Counted from the whole stretch's first letter, positions 1 through 14,106 are shown. The stretch: 63,640 nucleotides of DNA, filler included, from Octopus bimaculoides (GCF_001194135.2; 8 parts of 7 records of this genome joined end to end with filler, not necessarily neighbours in it), one strand, 5' to 3'. Notes: generated by a model not told the origin, from the sequence alone. Numbers and translations: made by a program.

Positions 1-219
1 AATTCTATAATATTACAGATAATAATACTATAATATTACAGATAATTCTATAATATTACAGATAATTCTATAATATTACAGATAATAATACTATAATATT
101 ACAGATAATAATACTATAATATTACAGATAATTCTATAATATTACAGATAATAATACTATAATATTACAGATAATTCTATAATATTACAGATAATAATAC
201 TATAATATTACAGATAATA
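1..219. repeat. AT-rich minisatellite of alternating ~20/23-bp units (TATTACAGATAATTCTATAA / TATTACAGATAATAATACTATAA)
   Basis: About 10 tandem units are directly visible; the array is truncated by the window start. Confidence 0.95.
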
Positions 220-904
220 AGTGCGTTGAGTAGCACTAACAGTAAATGACCAGGTGAAATATTTCATTGTATTTTATTACTTTCTCTTCTGTTGAAAGTT
301 CAATACACAAAAGGAGGATAATTTAACTTATCCCTCGAAGATCGATGAAGTCAGTACAATTTATGTGTCAAGGGAGAAAAACTCAACATATTGCATACCT
401 CACTCTATACATTTAAGACCATAAATCAAGCTGATATTCATTTTATTTTTGAATCTTCAAAGTCCAGAGCGTAATATCTCGCTCAAGACATCATATTCCT
501 TCTTACTGGAAATACCATTTCCTCTCAAGCAACAAACATCAAAACACATTTACACCAGACATATTATATTATTAGATCATTTTGATGTTGCATTGCGAAC
601 CGCTTCTGGCTTGATTCCTTTCTGCCATGTTGATGTTAAATTCACCAACAGAACAAAATAAAAACAGAATAAAAACTAAAAGTTACTTTGAATCACTAAA
701 ATATTCTTGCTGATTTTTTAGGTTCTTATATATTTACGTAGAGATTTGACGTAGAGCAGGATTTATTTGTCAGAAGTTCTTTAATTGAACTTGGCATATT
801 TATTAGACATGAAACAGACAGGACGTCGCAGAGAAAGAAGACTTATACAAAGAACAAACATATATAAATAGATACACAATAGGCACAAAAATAAACATAT
901 TCAT

Positions 905-1020
905 ATGTGTATACATATTTGTGTGTGTGTGCGTGCTTGTGCATGCGTACGTGCGTTTGTGCATGTCCACAGACACAAAATGCAGAGATACATGCGTTTG
1001 GTACCCTTTCGTATATGTTT

Positions 1021-1105
<85 letters not shown>

Positions 1106-1155
1106 TACGTATTTGTACGTAACTACATTTTCTATAATTTGTATGTGTGGGCATT

Positions 1156-1189
<34 letters not shown>

Positions 1190-1218
1190 GTCTATCTCTC
1201 TGTCTGTCTCTCTGTCTC
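905..1218. repeat. Compound microsatellite (TG/CA)n, (TA)n, (TATC)n, (TC)n next to a gap
   Basis: Directly visible. The overlapping ORFs are low-complexity translations. Confidence 0.95.
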
Positions 1219-1791
1219 NNNNNNNNNNNNNNNNNNNNNNNNNNNNNNNNNNNNNNNNNNNNNNNNNNNNNNNNNNNNNNNNNNNNNNNNNNNNNNNNNN
1301 NNNNNNNNNNNNNNNNNNNNNNNNNNNNNNNNNNNNNNNNNNNNNNNNNNNNNNNNNNNNNNNNNNNNNNNNNNNNNNNNNNNNNNNNNNNNNNNNNNNN
1401 NNNNNNNNNNNNNNNNNNNNNNNNNNNNNNNNNNNNNNNNNNNNNNNNNNNNNNNNNNNNNNNNNNNNNNNNNNNNNNNNNNNNNNNNNNNNNNNNNNNN
1501 NNNNNNNNNNNNNNNNNNNNNNNNNNNNNNNNNNNNNNNNNNNNNNNNNNNNNNNNNNNNNNNNNNNNNNNNNNNNNNNNNNNNNNNNNNNNNNNNNNNN
1601 NNNNNNNNNNNNNNNNNNNNNNNNNNNNNNNNNNNNNNNNNNNNNNNNNNNNNNNNNNNNNNNNNNNNNNNNNNNNNNNNNNNNNNNNNNNNNNNNNNNN
1701 NNNNNNNNNNNNNNNNNNNNNNNNNNNNNNNNNNNNNNNNNNNNNNNNNNNNNNNNNNNNNNNNNNNNNNNNNNNNNNNNNNNNNNNNNNN

Positions 1792-1898
1792 AGAAGAAGA
1801 AGAAGAAGAAGAAGAAGAAGAAGAAGAAGAAGAAGAAGAAGAAGAAGAAGAAGAAGAAGAAGAAGAAGAAGAAGAAGAAGAAGAAGAAGAAGAAGAAG
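1792..1898 (+). repeat. (GAA)n trinucleotide tract
   Basis: Perfect AGA repeats after the gap, abutting the 5' end of a LINE fragment. Confidence 0.97.
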
Positions 1899-3143
1899 AC
1901 TACAGGAAAGTTCTTAAACGATGCATGGTACCCATCAGCCACGTGCAGACACTGGTCGTCTATACGCGAAGAGAACAAATGGTGGAAAGAGAGTGATAGG
2001 TTTGGAAGACTGCGTGTGTACCGTACTCGAGAGCTTAATGAGATACTTAGCCCAGAATAAGGAAATCTTGCTAGTGACAGTAAGGAACGAGAGAGTATTG
2101 AGAACAGAGAATAAATGGAAAACGAAGGAAGAAGTACAAAAAGAAACGAAGAAGAATTAGGCAGCAAGGGACTATACAATCAATTCCATGTAGCCACAAT
2201 TGAAGTTGCTGGAAAATATAGGTGGGATTGGATGAAGAAAGGAACACTAAGAATACTATACTGGTAGTACAAGACCAAGCTTTGGCCATGAACTCGAGTG
2301 TCGACCTTAAGAATGGAAAAGTGTCACCGCTGTGCCGCATCTGTAATAGAGTGGACGAAATCATTGCTCATATCACAAACGAATGTCCTAGACTTGTTTA
2401 AGCCATTACAAGTTGTGGTGACACAATAAGGTAGCGAAAGTGCTACACTGGAAACTGTGCGAAAAATGGAGGTTAGAGAGAGGCAAGACGTGGTATGAGC
2501 AGAAACTGTAGAGAGTGGCGGAGTTGGAGGCTTGCAAAATCCTCTGGGGTCTCGCAATCCAAACAGATCAGAGCCTAGAGCATAGCAGACCGGATCTAGT
2601 GGTGGTGAACAAGATGCACCACATGTGCTATATAGTTGAGACTGCATGCCCGTTTGACGAACGATTAGACAAGAAGGAAGGCGAAAAGATTTGATAGATT
2701 CTTATTCTTTGTTGCCCACAAGAGGCTAAATATAGAGGGGACAAACAAGAACAGACAAACGGATTAAGTCGATTATATCGACCTCCAGTGCGTAACTGGT
2801 ACTTATTTAATCGACCCCGAATGGATGAAAGGCTAAGTCGACCTCGGCGGAATTTGAACTCAGAACGTAGCAGCAGACGAAATACCGCTAAGCATTCCGT
2901 CCAGCGTGCTAACGTTTCTGCCAGCTCGCCGCCTTACTTGATAGATTCAACCCTCTTAAATACGAAATAGTCCGGCTATGGAAAATGAAGAGAGGTGAAG
3001 ATAGTGCCAATTATTGTTTACCTCCTTGGCACGTCCAGAATAATCAGGAAAGTATTAGCTGAAAAGAGTGAATAGAACAATATTGAAGGCTACAGGTAGT
3101 AATCCCGCTACGCATGCAAGGCTCCAGGAGTTCCAAAAAGCCT
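1899..3143 (+). mobile_element. Degraded 3' part of an RLE-type non-LTR retrotransposon (R4/Dong-like)
   Basis: Frameshifted translation gives QDQALAM, a CCHC knuckle (CRICNRVDEIIAHITNEC), LHWKLCEKW and the restriction-like endonuclease motif RPDLVV...ETACPFD...KEGEK. A SINE interrupts it at 2702-2937. Confidence 0.85.
2702..2937 (-). mobile_element. tRNA-derived SINE with Meta-like central domain, 11-bp TSD
   Basis: The minus strand reads GGCGAGCTGGCAGAAACGTTAG...GAGTTCAAATTCC...GCCTTTCATCCATTCGGGGTCGATT. The direct repeat TTGATAGATTC flanks it at 2691-2701 and 2938-2948. Confidence 0.9.
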
Positions 3144-3870
3144 AAAGAAGAAGAAGGAGGAGGAGGAGAAGGATCTCTGGCTTACTATCTATTCAGGAAG
3201 TGCAAAAAGATTGTATTAACTGGTACGTCACATGTATTCAGAAAAGCATTGTCGCTGTGAATTTTCTTTCCTCCCGCCCTCTATTTTCTTTGTTTACTTT
3301 TTTTTTATCTTTTCTTTTTTTTTTGTATGTCTTTCTTTCCCCTTTTCTCTATTACATGACTTTGTAAATGAACAACCTGGTGTGTTTCTTTTAATGGCCT
3401 ATCAGTGTAGTTAGTGCGTTTTTCTGCCCTAGTTGTCAGGAAGACACTCGGCAAGAAATGGAAACTGAATTGAAAGAAGATGCTAATGAAAATGATACTA
3501 AAAGTGTGTGTGTGTGTGTATGTGTTCGTGTGTGTGTGAGTATATATATATATATATATNNNNNNNNNNNNNNNNNNNNNNNNNNNNNNNNNNNNNNNNN
3601 NNNNNNNNNNNNNNNNNNNNNNNNNNNNNNNNNNNNNNNNNNNNNNNNNNNNNNNNNNNNNNNNNNNNNNNNNNNNNNNNNNNNNNNNNNNNNNNNNNNN
3701 NNNNNNNNNNNNNNNNNNNNNNNNNNNNNNNNNNNNNNNNNNNNNNNNNNNNNNNNNNNNNNNNNNNNNNNNNNNNNNNNNNNNNNNNNNNNNNNNNNNN
3801 NNNNNNNNNNNNNNNNNNNNNNNNNNNNNNNNNNNNNNNNNNNNNNNNNNNNNNNNNNNNNNNNNNNNNN

Positions 3871-3920
<50 letters not shown>

Positions 3921-4774
3921 ACACAGAGGCGCAAGCAAGCAAACAAACAAATTCTCCCCGTGTCCATTTCATCCTTAGTATGCTCTGCTGAAGCAACGGT
4001 GTTAATACCAAGTGTTGTATGAAAACAAATCGTCCAGAGTGTAAATATTTACCAGCTTTTTGCTGAAAGAAAACATACATTGGAAATAATAATAAAAAAA
4101 ATACACTCATAAATTAAACAACAGTGTAAATACAAAATTCTAAAAAAATTACTAAAGGAGAATATAAAAAAAAAACAACAGGAATGTATTTTGTGCAAAT
4201 CAAAAAATAAAGCTTTCACCCACGCAAACACATACTCATGATCGCATACATACGCATGTGTGTGTGTGTGTGTACACACACACACAAAACAAAACGGAGG
4301 AAGATATAATTAAGTAGGCAAACTGTCTCCTCCTACTCCGCCACACTTAGCTATACACTAAAATATCGATGCGAACAGTGCAAATATTCCTTCAGTATAT
4401 CCAACAGCGCCTATACATTAATGTGTAATGTTGCTGTGGTTGGTATTTTCATGGCTATATTATTGATGCCGGCAAGTTTCGTGTTTAATACATAAGTGGG
4501 GTATTTTCATGAGAAGGAGAGAGAGAGGGGGGAGATGTGGGAATGGCATGACAGAGAAATAGAGGAACAGAGAATGTGAGACGACGAGAGAGTGAAGGAC
4601 AGGGTAAGAGATGGTTTAACCAGAATGTAACGTTGTGTGTGTCATTGAAATTATGGTTAAAGTTTTAATGATGGTAGCAATTCCTTTTTAGCGAGGGTAT
4701 TATAATGAGTAAGGGAGAAAGAGGAAAGGAGGGAAAGAGACATACAGACAGATGAAGATTGTGTGTATGTGTCT

Positions 4775-4778
<4 letters not shown>

Positions 4779-4839
<61 letters not shown>

Positions 4840-5200
4840 NNNNNNNNNNNNNNNNNNNNNNNNNNNNNNNNNNNNNNNNNNNNNNNNNNNNNNNNNNNNN
4901 NNNNNNNNNNNNNNNNNNNNNNNNNNNNNNNNNNNNNNNNNNNNNNNNNNNNNNNNNNNNNNNNNNNNNNNNNNNNNNNNNNNNNNNNNNNNNNNNNNNA
5001 GAGACTGAGAAAGAGAGAGAGACTGAGAAAGAGAGAGAGACTGAGAAAGAGAGAGAGACTGAGAAAGAGAGAGAGACTGAGAAAGAGAGAGAGAGAGTGC
5101 GAGAGACTGAGAAAGAGAGAGAGAGACTGAGAAAGAGAGAGACTGAGAAAGAGAGAGAGAGAGAGAGAGAGTGCGAGAGACTGAGAAAGAGAGAGAGAGA
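4779..5200. repeat. (GA)n microsatellite and 16-18-bp GAGAGACTGAGAAAGA minisatellite
   Basis: Directly visible around a gap. Confidence 0.95.
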
Positions 5201-6227
5201 AACAGACGGAAAGAAAGTAGTAGAGTGTTGGCGTGGAATAAATAAGTAAATATATATATAAATGGTTGGGCGAGTAGAAATGTTCAAGAGTCTAAATGAT
5301 CGAGTGATCAAATGGCTGTTCTGGATGTGGGTTTAATAAGATAAATATATACATAAGGAGATTTAGCAAACAAATTATAACCGTTGTGTGTTTTGAGTCC
5401 GCATTGGTTATATACTCAGTATATACTGAGCTCATCTTTGCTGCTTTTTGTTTTGTTCGTTTTCATTTTTCCGTTAAATATTTTTGAACTTTCCTTTCCC
5501 TTGAGGTTCTCACGGGAAGTTGTATCCAACTAGACACTTCTCCAGAATTTCTTTCCTTTAGCATGCACCGTGTATGTTTTGTGTGTGTGTGTATGTATGG
5601 GAGGGGGTATAAGTGAGTGTGTAGGTTCAGATACAAGTAAATAGACAAACAGACAAGCACTCACATATCTATAATATTGTGTGTGCGTGTATGGGCGTGC
5701 GTGCACGTGTGTATAGATGTACATACATATATTAATACATACGCACACATCCACACATACATTTACATATAGATATGAATGTGTGTATGTGCATGTGTTT
5801 GCGCACATATGTGTGTCTGTGTCTATGTATATATGTATGTATGCATGTATGTATATTTGTATGCACGTATGTATATATGTAAATTTGTACAATTGTGAAT
5901 AAATTCTGTTGGTTTTACCATGTTTAAAAAATGCGTTTGTTCAGTTCCTCTGTGTGTGTATGTGTGTATGTACGTGTATGAGTTGTGTATTTGTATATGC
6001 TTGTTTCTTGTTCGTGTTTGTATGATTGTGTACGTTTATTTGCGTGTGGTCGTGCGTGCCTGGGCAAAATATATCCCCTGTCCACTCTTTTCATTTCCCA
6101 TTTTTACTTTCCCTTCTTCCTTTTCTTTTAGTTTTTACCCCCTCTTTTCTCTTTGCATAACGAAACGAACTCATGTCCAGCTTCTTTGTTGCCGTTTTAT
6201 GAGAAATTCAGTGGCACAGCGTGCCAT

Positions 6228-6406
6228 TCACACCACCACCACCAACAACAACAACACCACCACCACCACCACCACCAACACCACCACCACCACCACCACG
6301 ACAACAACAACAACTACAACAACAAAAACTGCAACAACACCACCAACTACAAAATCATCATCGCTATCAACGCCATTAAGAGAAACAACAGCAGCATAAA
6401 ATAATG

Positions 6407-6482
<76 letters not shown>

Positions 6483-6514
6483 TAATAACAACAACAATAA
6501 TAATAATAATAATA
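6228..6514. repeat. Compound (CAC)n/(CAA)n/(AAT)n microsatellite
   Basis: Directly visible. It is the source of the poly-T/H/L ORFs. Confidence 0.95.
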
Positions 6515-7239
6515 GACGTTTTAAACGTATGAACTCACTGACATTGCTACATCCACGGAAAGTGTTGAACGTTAATGCAATATTAACTAGAGTCGACGTT
6601 GTAGAACAAAGGCGGTGCGTTAACGTTTTGTATATAGTAATACTTAGTAATAACTTGATTACCGACGCTATACTTCACTACTTGACACAACAATGTTACC
6701 ATGAACCGACGATGGAGCATTTACGAGACTGCTTGACTCCAAGAAATATCAGCTAAGTCTCCTTCAAAATCATGTTCTCATTTTAAATAATACAAGGACA
6801 CATTACGTAATGTAGTAAGTCCTGCAACCCACTGAATAAACAGCATGATCGCTTTTAAAATAACTAAATGCATACGTTGCTCGATAACGCATTGACTTGG
6901 GGTTATATTAGGATAAAGTCATTCATTGCCATTATCCCCAAGTTCGTTCTGACCTGGAACGGTCCCCAATATGTGTTAAATAGATTTCTTTAAGGGTAGA
7001 GTGGGTTCCGAGTATTTGGCAAAGCCGTGGGGAAGGTTGCTTTTCTAAGAGAAAGATAGTCTGACATGGAACTTGCAGTTATCTTGTAATACTTTTTACT
7101 GGAGGGAGCGAGACAAAAGTGTTGTACATGTTTTTGTCAATTAAATCCAGTGGCGTAAAGATGTATGAGTGAGACAGATGCAAATTGACGAGAATATACT
7201 CTCTTACGCCTATAAGCACAGCCTACTCACGGACTAGCA

Positions 7240-7622
7240 AGACACATACTTCAGGTACTTCCTAGAGGAATTTGACCAGGTACCGTTTGAAAGTTGTGGG
7301 GTCTATTTCTAGGATGACATTGAAAAGAGCAGGACCATTTGCAGTGAAGAAAATGTGTCGCAATGTTCTTATCTGATGCGATCTCGATCTCTGTAGGGGA
7401 CGCATTGCACGGGGTTCTTGGCTTGGGTGAATTGTAAACATAATACCGATATCATTTGGATAATATTGGTAGAATATTTTCCACATGGTGCAAATAATGT
7501 ATCGATCACAGCGGCGTTGCTGGGAATAGAGTTTCAGCTATTTAAGTCGACCCCGATAATTAAGTCCCGCCATGCCATTTATTTTGTGTTTGTTCAATAG
7601 TGTCTATAGCTGCTTCTAATTC
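7240..7622 (-). mobile_element. CR1-clade LINE 3' ORF2 remnant
   Basis: Translation GLNYRGRLK*LKLYSQQRRCDRYIICTMWKI...NGPALFNVI...FKRYLVKFL*EVP matches the CR1 C-terminal pattern (LYSLERRR...GP.LFN.LP...FK..LD.FL..VPD). Confidence 0.75.
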
Positions 7623-8231
7623 NNNNNNNNNNNNNNNNNNNNNNNNNNNNNNNNNNNNNNNNNNNNNNNNNNNNNNNNNNNNNNNNNNNNNNNNNNNNNN
7701 NNNNNNNNNNNNNNNNNNNNNNNNNNNNNNNNNNNNNNNNNNNNNNNNNNNNNNNNNNNNNNNNNNNNNNNNNNNNNNNNNNNNNNNNNNNNNNNNNNNN
7801 NNNNNNNNNNNNNNNNNNNNNNNNNNNNNNNNNNNNNNNNNNNNNNNNNNNNNNNNNNNNNNNNNNNNNNNNNNNNNNNNNNNNNNNNNNNNNNNNNNNN
7901 NNNNNNNNNNNNNNNNNNNNNNNNNNNNNNNNNNNNNNNNNNNNNNNNNNNNNNNNNNNNNNNNNNNNNNNNNNNNNNNNNNNNNNNNNNNNNNNNNNNN
8001 NNNNNNNNNNNNNNNNNNNNNNNNNNNNNNNNNNNNNNNNNNNNNNNNNNNNNNNNNNNNNNNNNNNNNNNNNNNNNNNNNNNNNNNNNNNNNNNNNNNN
8101 NNNNNNNNNNNNNNNNNNNNNNNNNNNNNNNNNNNNNNNNNNNNNNNNNNNNNNNNNNNNNTATATATATATACATACATACATACATACATACATACAT
8201 ACATACATACATACATACATACATAAAGTTT

Positions 8232-8609
8232 AAGGAAAAGAAAAAATATAAGCGTACACAATCTTTTAATACAAAGTTGGTACAAATCCAATAAAGATCC
8301 TACAAGTTGTCTCCAAGCTTAATTAATTCCAAAACAAAACGAAAAAATAATCCTTTTGAAATCACAAATTGGGCTTTTCTTCAGGAAAATTTTATTTTTT
8401 ATTCCTTTCTAGTCTATTAAAGGTCTTTATATTTTTGTTGGTCGAACACGTTCATTCCAATAATGAATTCTTAAAGAAAAATCCAATTTGTGATTTCAAA
8501 AGGATTATTCTTTTGGAATTAATTTGGTTTGGAAACAACTTGTAGAATCTTTATCGGATATGTATCAACTTTGTATTAAAAGATCGTCTATGCTTATATT
8601 CTTTTCCTT
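8232..8609. mobile_element. Foldback/MITE-like imperfect palindrome (~380 bp)
   Basis: The left arm (AAGGAAAAGA...TACAAAGTTGGTAC...CACAAATTGG) is the reverse complement of the right arm at ~8460-8609. Confidence 0.75.
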
Positions 8610-8747
8610 TCATTATATATATATATTTTATTGATTATACCAATACTGAATATATAACTTTTTTATATATTCTTTGGTTGGATTGAACTGGCGGACTTGG
8701 ATGCATGACATCTCTTTCAATGATCTTGGTCCTTACTTCTTATTTAT

Positions 8748-8778
<31 letters not shown>

Positions 8779-9644
8779 CATATGTATATATGTGAGCGTG
8801 TGTNNNNNNNNNNNNNNNNNNNNNNNNNNNNNNNNNNNNNNNNNNNNNNNNNNNNNNNNNNNNNNNNNNNNNNNNNNNNNNNNNNNNNNNNNNNNNNNNN
8901 NNNNNNNNNNNNNNNNNNNNNNNNNNNNNNNNNNNNNNNNNNNNNNNNNNNNNNNNNNNNNNNNNNNNNNNNNNNNNNNNNNNNNNNNNNNNNNNNNNNN
9001 NNNNNNNNNNNNNNNNNNNNNNNNNNNNNNNNNNNNNNNNNNNNNNNNNNNNNNNNNNNNNNNNNNNNNNNNNNNNNNNNNNNNNNNNNNNNNNNNNNNN
9101 NNNNNNNNNNNNNNNNNNNNNNNNNNNNNNNNNNNNNNNNNNNNNNNNNNNNNNNNNNNNNNNNNNNNNNNNNNNNNNNNNNNNNNNNNNNNNNNNNNNN
9201 NNNNNNNNNNNNNNNNNNNNNNNNNNNNNNNNNNNNNNNNNNNNNNNNNNNNNNNNNNNNNNNNNNNNNNNNNNNNNNNNNTTCACATATATACACACAC
9301 ACATGTATGTACAGATTATTTGAAATGGTGTACAAATTTTATATATTAAGAAAAATGAATTTTGGATAAATTCTTTATCAGGCGCATTTCAGGGAATTTA
9401 CAGAAAATGTATGTCTTTTATATAAATCTGGTCTTGAATAGAGAAGAGAATGTGCTTTTGTTATCTATAAGTGCGGGTATATATCTGTGTAAGTATGCAT
9501 GTGTGTGTGTATGTATGTACATGTATATGAGTGTAAGTATGTGTGTGGTGAAGTTTTGGAGGCTTGATCGGAGGGAGAACAAATGAAAGAAAAAGGAAAG
9601 AACGATAGAAGATAGAGATAAAGGGAGAAATAAAACAAGAAGGA

Positions 9645-9684
<40 letters not shown>

Positions 9685-9850
9685 AAAGGAGAAAGAAGTA
9701 AGGCGAGAAAGAATGAGAAAAGATAGCAAGGGGCCTCTTGTGGAGATGGTTGAATTTGTATTCTTAATGGTCAGTTCTCATGCTATACAACTGTAAAGAA
9801 AGGGTAATTTTTCAAGGATGTTTGAAGTTGTCGACGGATCTTTTGTTCTC

Positions 9851-10020
9851 TAGGCACGAAATTTTTGGGAAGGAGCCAGTCGATTAGATCAACCCCAGTG
9901 CGCAACTGATACTTAATTTATCGACCCCAAACGGATGAAAAGCAAAGTCGACCTCAAAGTTGAACTCAGAACGTAAAGACAGACGAAATACCGCTAAGCA
10001 TTTCGCACGGCGTGCTAACA
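9851..10020 (-). mobile_element. Meta-type tRNA SINE (partial)
   Basis: Homologous to 2702-2937 (ATTTATCGACCCC...GGATGAAA...GAACTCAGAACG...ATACCGCTAAGC). Confidence 0.85.
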
Positions 10021-12472
10021 ATTAAAAATGTCAGTCTTGTTTTAGTCATTGCTTTGTCAGTTGCCATATATTCTCTCACGACTCCATTATACATATATTA
10101 ACATGAATTAGGGTTAGTGTTTAACACACACATATATGTGTGTGTCTGTTTTCTTTTATCTTTTATCTTGTTTCAGCCATTAGACTGCAGCCATGTTGGG
10201 GCACCACACTGAATTTTTTGTCGAATGAATTACCTCCAGTACTATATCCATATATACATATATATAATATATATATATTATGCAACACACACACGCTCAT
10301 ATCATTTAATATTGTCCAGCTAAGGATTATAGCAATAGGACGTGGATGGCAGGCTTAAACCCTAGAACATATATCTGGAAATATATTTGTCTATCCTTTC
10401 ATCTCTTTCCCCACTCTCTTTCATTTTGTCGCTCTTATGACATAATTAATAATCAGAAAACTACAGTTGTCTAACAACATTTGGTCCTTGCAAAAGAAAA
10501 AAAAAACTAGTTTGATTTCCTTCGGGTTTAAGTACTGTATCTTTTTTTCACCGTGGTCTATTCCTTTAATCTTTGCATTTTACATGTCCGCATTTGTCGT
10601 TTACTTACTTATGAGAAATAGTTATCATTACTGCTTTCACCTAAAGGCACTCTTACCCAAAATCATAACGAGTAAGGAGTTAATGATTCGTATTCCATTA
10701 TAGTCTTTTAGTAGAGGAAGAACGGGATCACACAACTTTTCTCGAGACTCTTGTGACCTTTGCAATTTCTTCAGAGACCAAAGATTGGTTCAAATACATA
10801 TAATAAGGCAAACTCAACAAAAGTCAAAGAATGACCAGATGGTGTTTAAGCCCTAGCCTCTTGACGAAAGTTTACCCTCAACCTAAATACACGCTTATTC
10901 ACAAATATTTCATACATTTATTCACTACATAACCGACGGACACTATGTATCTGCCCTTAGAGTTTTCTTGCATAAACATAGCTGTTGATGGTCGTCTGAG
11001 TTTGCAATTGTGCATTATCATCTTCCAAATCTCTTTGATACACTATTTCGCATCGTATTCCGAACCTTTTGTGTATTCCTGCATACAAACCTTGTATGAA
11101 ATACTAAGATTTCTTCCCAGACCTGTCGCCTTATAAACTTTCCTGACGCCAAAAACATTGGCACTATGCTTCATTTATAAGTTGCTGGTTATAAGCGTCT
11201 GCAGTAACGGCCATTCCTTGTATCAGTGCATCATAATGACTAACACCCATTCGTGTTCAATTAGAAAAATAGCAAAAAATATTTCTTGTTTTGGTGTTGG
11301 TAATGACTTCTCTATTTATTGATAATCACTCTTTCACTCTTCTTTCCTTTTTCTGTTGACATGATTAAGCCGTTTCCCGTTGTACGAACACGAGACACTG
11401 TTATTCCTGGTAAAGAGACTGGTGTAAGGCAGAACATTGAGTTCAGTTCTTATATGGGAGCTGATAAGGAAACGTATTTTTCACAGTTCGTTTTTGAGGG
11501 GAGTGACATCTATTTGTATCTATTAGACAAGCCGAACTGATTAATTCAGTATACTTTGTGCATAGCAAATTATTTTTCTTACTCTCGTCATTGTTAACAT
11601 TGGAGAGAAGAGTGGATAACATTTAAATGTTGACCTATTATTGAAAATGTTTTCCAATATTAGTATAGGTAATTTAGGCAATTTATGAACATAGCGTTCG
11701 GAAATTTAAATATGACAGCGTCGGCAAAGTGGAGTAAAAACCGGACCACTATGTGCATGAATACAATATAAATTCTTAAATAAGTTCTCTAATGAACAAG
11801 AGAACAATTTTATGTCATTTATAGCTGATCCAGTCAAGACAATGATATAAGGAAAGCGTTAAAAATCATTACTAAAATTAGTAGCAGTGTTATTTACGTT
11901 GTTTAGTGTAATACGATTCAAGATTATGCCAACTTCAGAAACAATGGTCATTGAATAAGTTAAAGACTTGTTCGAAGATATGGAGATGAGGGAGACTTTT
12001 GTGCTTATACATGGGTGATTTACAAACTTAATTTGTCCTGTAGAAAGAAGTCATCAAATTCTTAGAATGCTGAAAAAGTTTGTTATTCATTTATGACTTT
12101 GTTAAAAAACGAAGTTTAGTAAGCGGTATACTTGATAATCTGGGCCGAACACTAAGCACACTAGTATTTTGGTTATGAACGAACGTTGAGCAACTTCAAA
12201 CAAAATATTTGAATCGTATGGATTAATAAATAATTGCTATAAAATTACGTTGTATTTCTTCTCTGCTTCAAAAGCTGTCAGGGTTATGTTTTAATTCAAA
12301 GAGTGATTTTATCGGACGGTCTCTTTAAAGCAATATACCTGCGTCTGTTATATTTAGTTATCTATTTTGGTTAAATATATCCAGTGAAGAAAAGGATAGG
12401 TATTCATAGAGAAACAACAAAATGCTAAAACGAAGAAATGTACATGCAAGCATACATACAGACATATGCACA

Positions 12473-12506
<34 letters not shown>

Positions 12507-12532
12507 AATACCTCTGTCTGTCTATCTGACTG

Positions 12533-12599
<67 letters not shown>

Positions 12600-12840
12600 N
12601 NNNNNNNNNNNNNNNNNNNNNNNNNNNNNNNNNNNNNNNNNNNNNNNNNNNNNNNNNNNNNNNNNNNNNNNNNNNNNNNNNNNNNNNNNNNNNNNNNNNN
12701 NNNNNNNNNNNNNNNNNNNNNNNNNNNNNNNNNNNNNNNNNNNNNNNNNNNNNNNNNNNNNNNNNNNNNNNNNNNNNNNNNNNNNNNNNNNNNNNNNNNN
12801 NNNNNNNNNNNNNNNNNNNNNNNNNNNNNNNNNNNNNNNN

Positions 12841-12883
<43 letters not shown>

Positions 12884-13639
12884 ATGTATTTATGTATACA
12901 TATATACGTGTGCGCGCGTGTGTATGTATACACGCTCACACGCACACAACAGGAACTGTAAAAACACAGCAGGAAGGTTCTAGAGTCTTCAGCTCTCTAA
13001 ATGTCATTCCTCTCCATAACGTTAGCCACCTGAGATTCTTTCTTTCTTTCGCCATCTTTTTCAGCCCCTCTTTTTCCCCTGTTCCCATATTTTTCTGAAG
13101 CAATTAAATAGCAACTGTTCATATCGAATATGACTGTGTCCATCTCAACAGTCTATAAGGCTATGTCGTTTGAAATTTGGCTCCCAGCCACGTATTTTCG
13201 GGTTCAATTCCACTGAGTGACATTTTGGGCCGAATAAGGCTTGGGTTTGAAAGACAGAAACTGTAAGAAGTGCGTCGTACATACAAACGTACATACTTTC
13301 TTTATTTGCATTGAATTGTGATTATAAAATTGTATTGTGTAATGTGTGGCATGCATATTAGTGCAGACATATAAACATCAGACACGGAAATTATTTTTAC
13401 ATGAAGACTGTCGTCGTTGATTGGTTAAAATACCCCAATACGACAACTTTAACACGAAATAACTTCTAAAACACAAAATTTTTGTCACACTGTTGAAAGT
13501 AAACCGTGTTCAGCATGGGAAATGACACCAGTATACGAAGTTTCAAACTGTTTAGTTAAAAAAAGAATAATTAAAAAATCTGTGAGTGAAACTGAATAGA
13601 TACCAAGTAAAAAAATTAAATATATATATGTATTCGCAT

Positions 13640-13835
13640 TTGTCCCCCACCACCAGTTGTCGACCGATGTTTTCTTTATATGTGTGTATGTGTCCATAAC
13701 CTAGCGTTTCGGCTAACTGACAAATAAAACAAGTACCAGATTTTAAAAGATAAGTACTGCAGTCTATTTGTTCGACGAATTGATTCATGGTGATGCCTCA
13801 GCATTCGCGCAGTCCAATGACTGAAACAAGTAAAA
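13640..13835 (+). mobile_element. Degenerate 3' part of the CORE-like octopus SINE family
   Basis: TTTGTCCCCC...CAGCAT...CAGTCCAATGACTGAAACAAGTAAAA tail, shared with other copies in the window. Confidence 0.65.
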
Positions 13836-14071
13836 TGCTAGTTCTAAAATCTCTCTAAGACATTGGAGGACTTTTCAACTCTAAATTTCACAACAATGCT
13901 GGCAGCGCATCAGCCCTATTATAAGTATAAATTAATCATGAAATTTTGGATTTGCCATTTATCGGCTTTTGCTTGTTAGCCACCTATATTATTGTTGTTA
14001 TTCATATTACTAATCATAATAATTTATAATAATATCTAGATAAATATTTTCTAATATTTATTCATTATATA

Positions 14072-14106
<35 letters not shown>

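Noticed and set aside
1-219. CRISPR-like array
   Set aside because: No unique spacers; it is a eukaryotic minisatellite.
5415-5430. Perfect 16-bp palindrome CTCAGTATATACTGAG
   Set aside because: Isolated, with no supporting context or second copy.
11319-11540. 73-aa complex ORF
   Set aside because: No recognisable motif, splice signals or homolog in the window. The same applies to the short ORFs at 449-661, 40668-41216 and 52161-52397.
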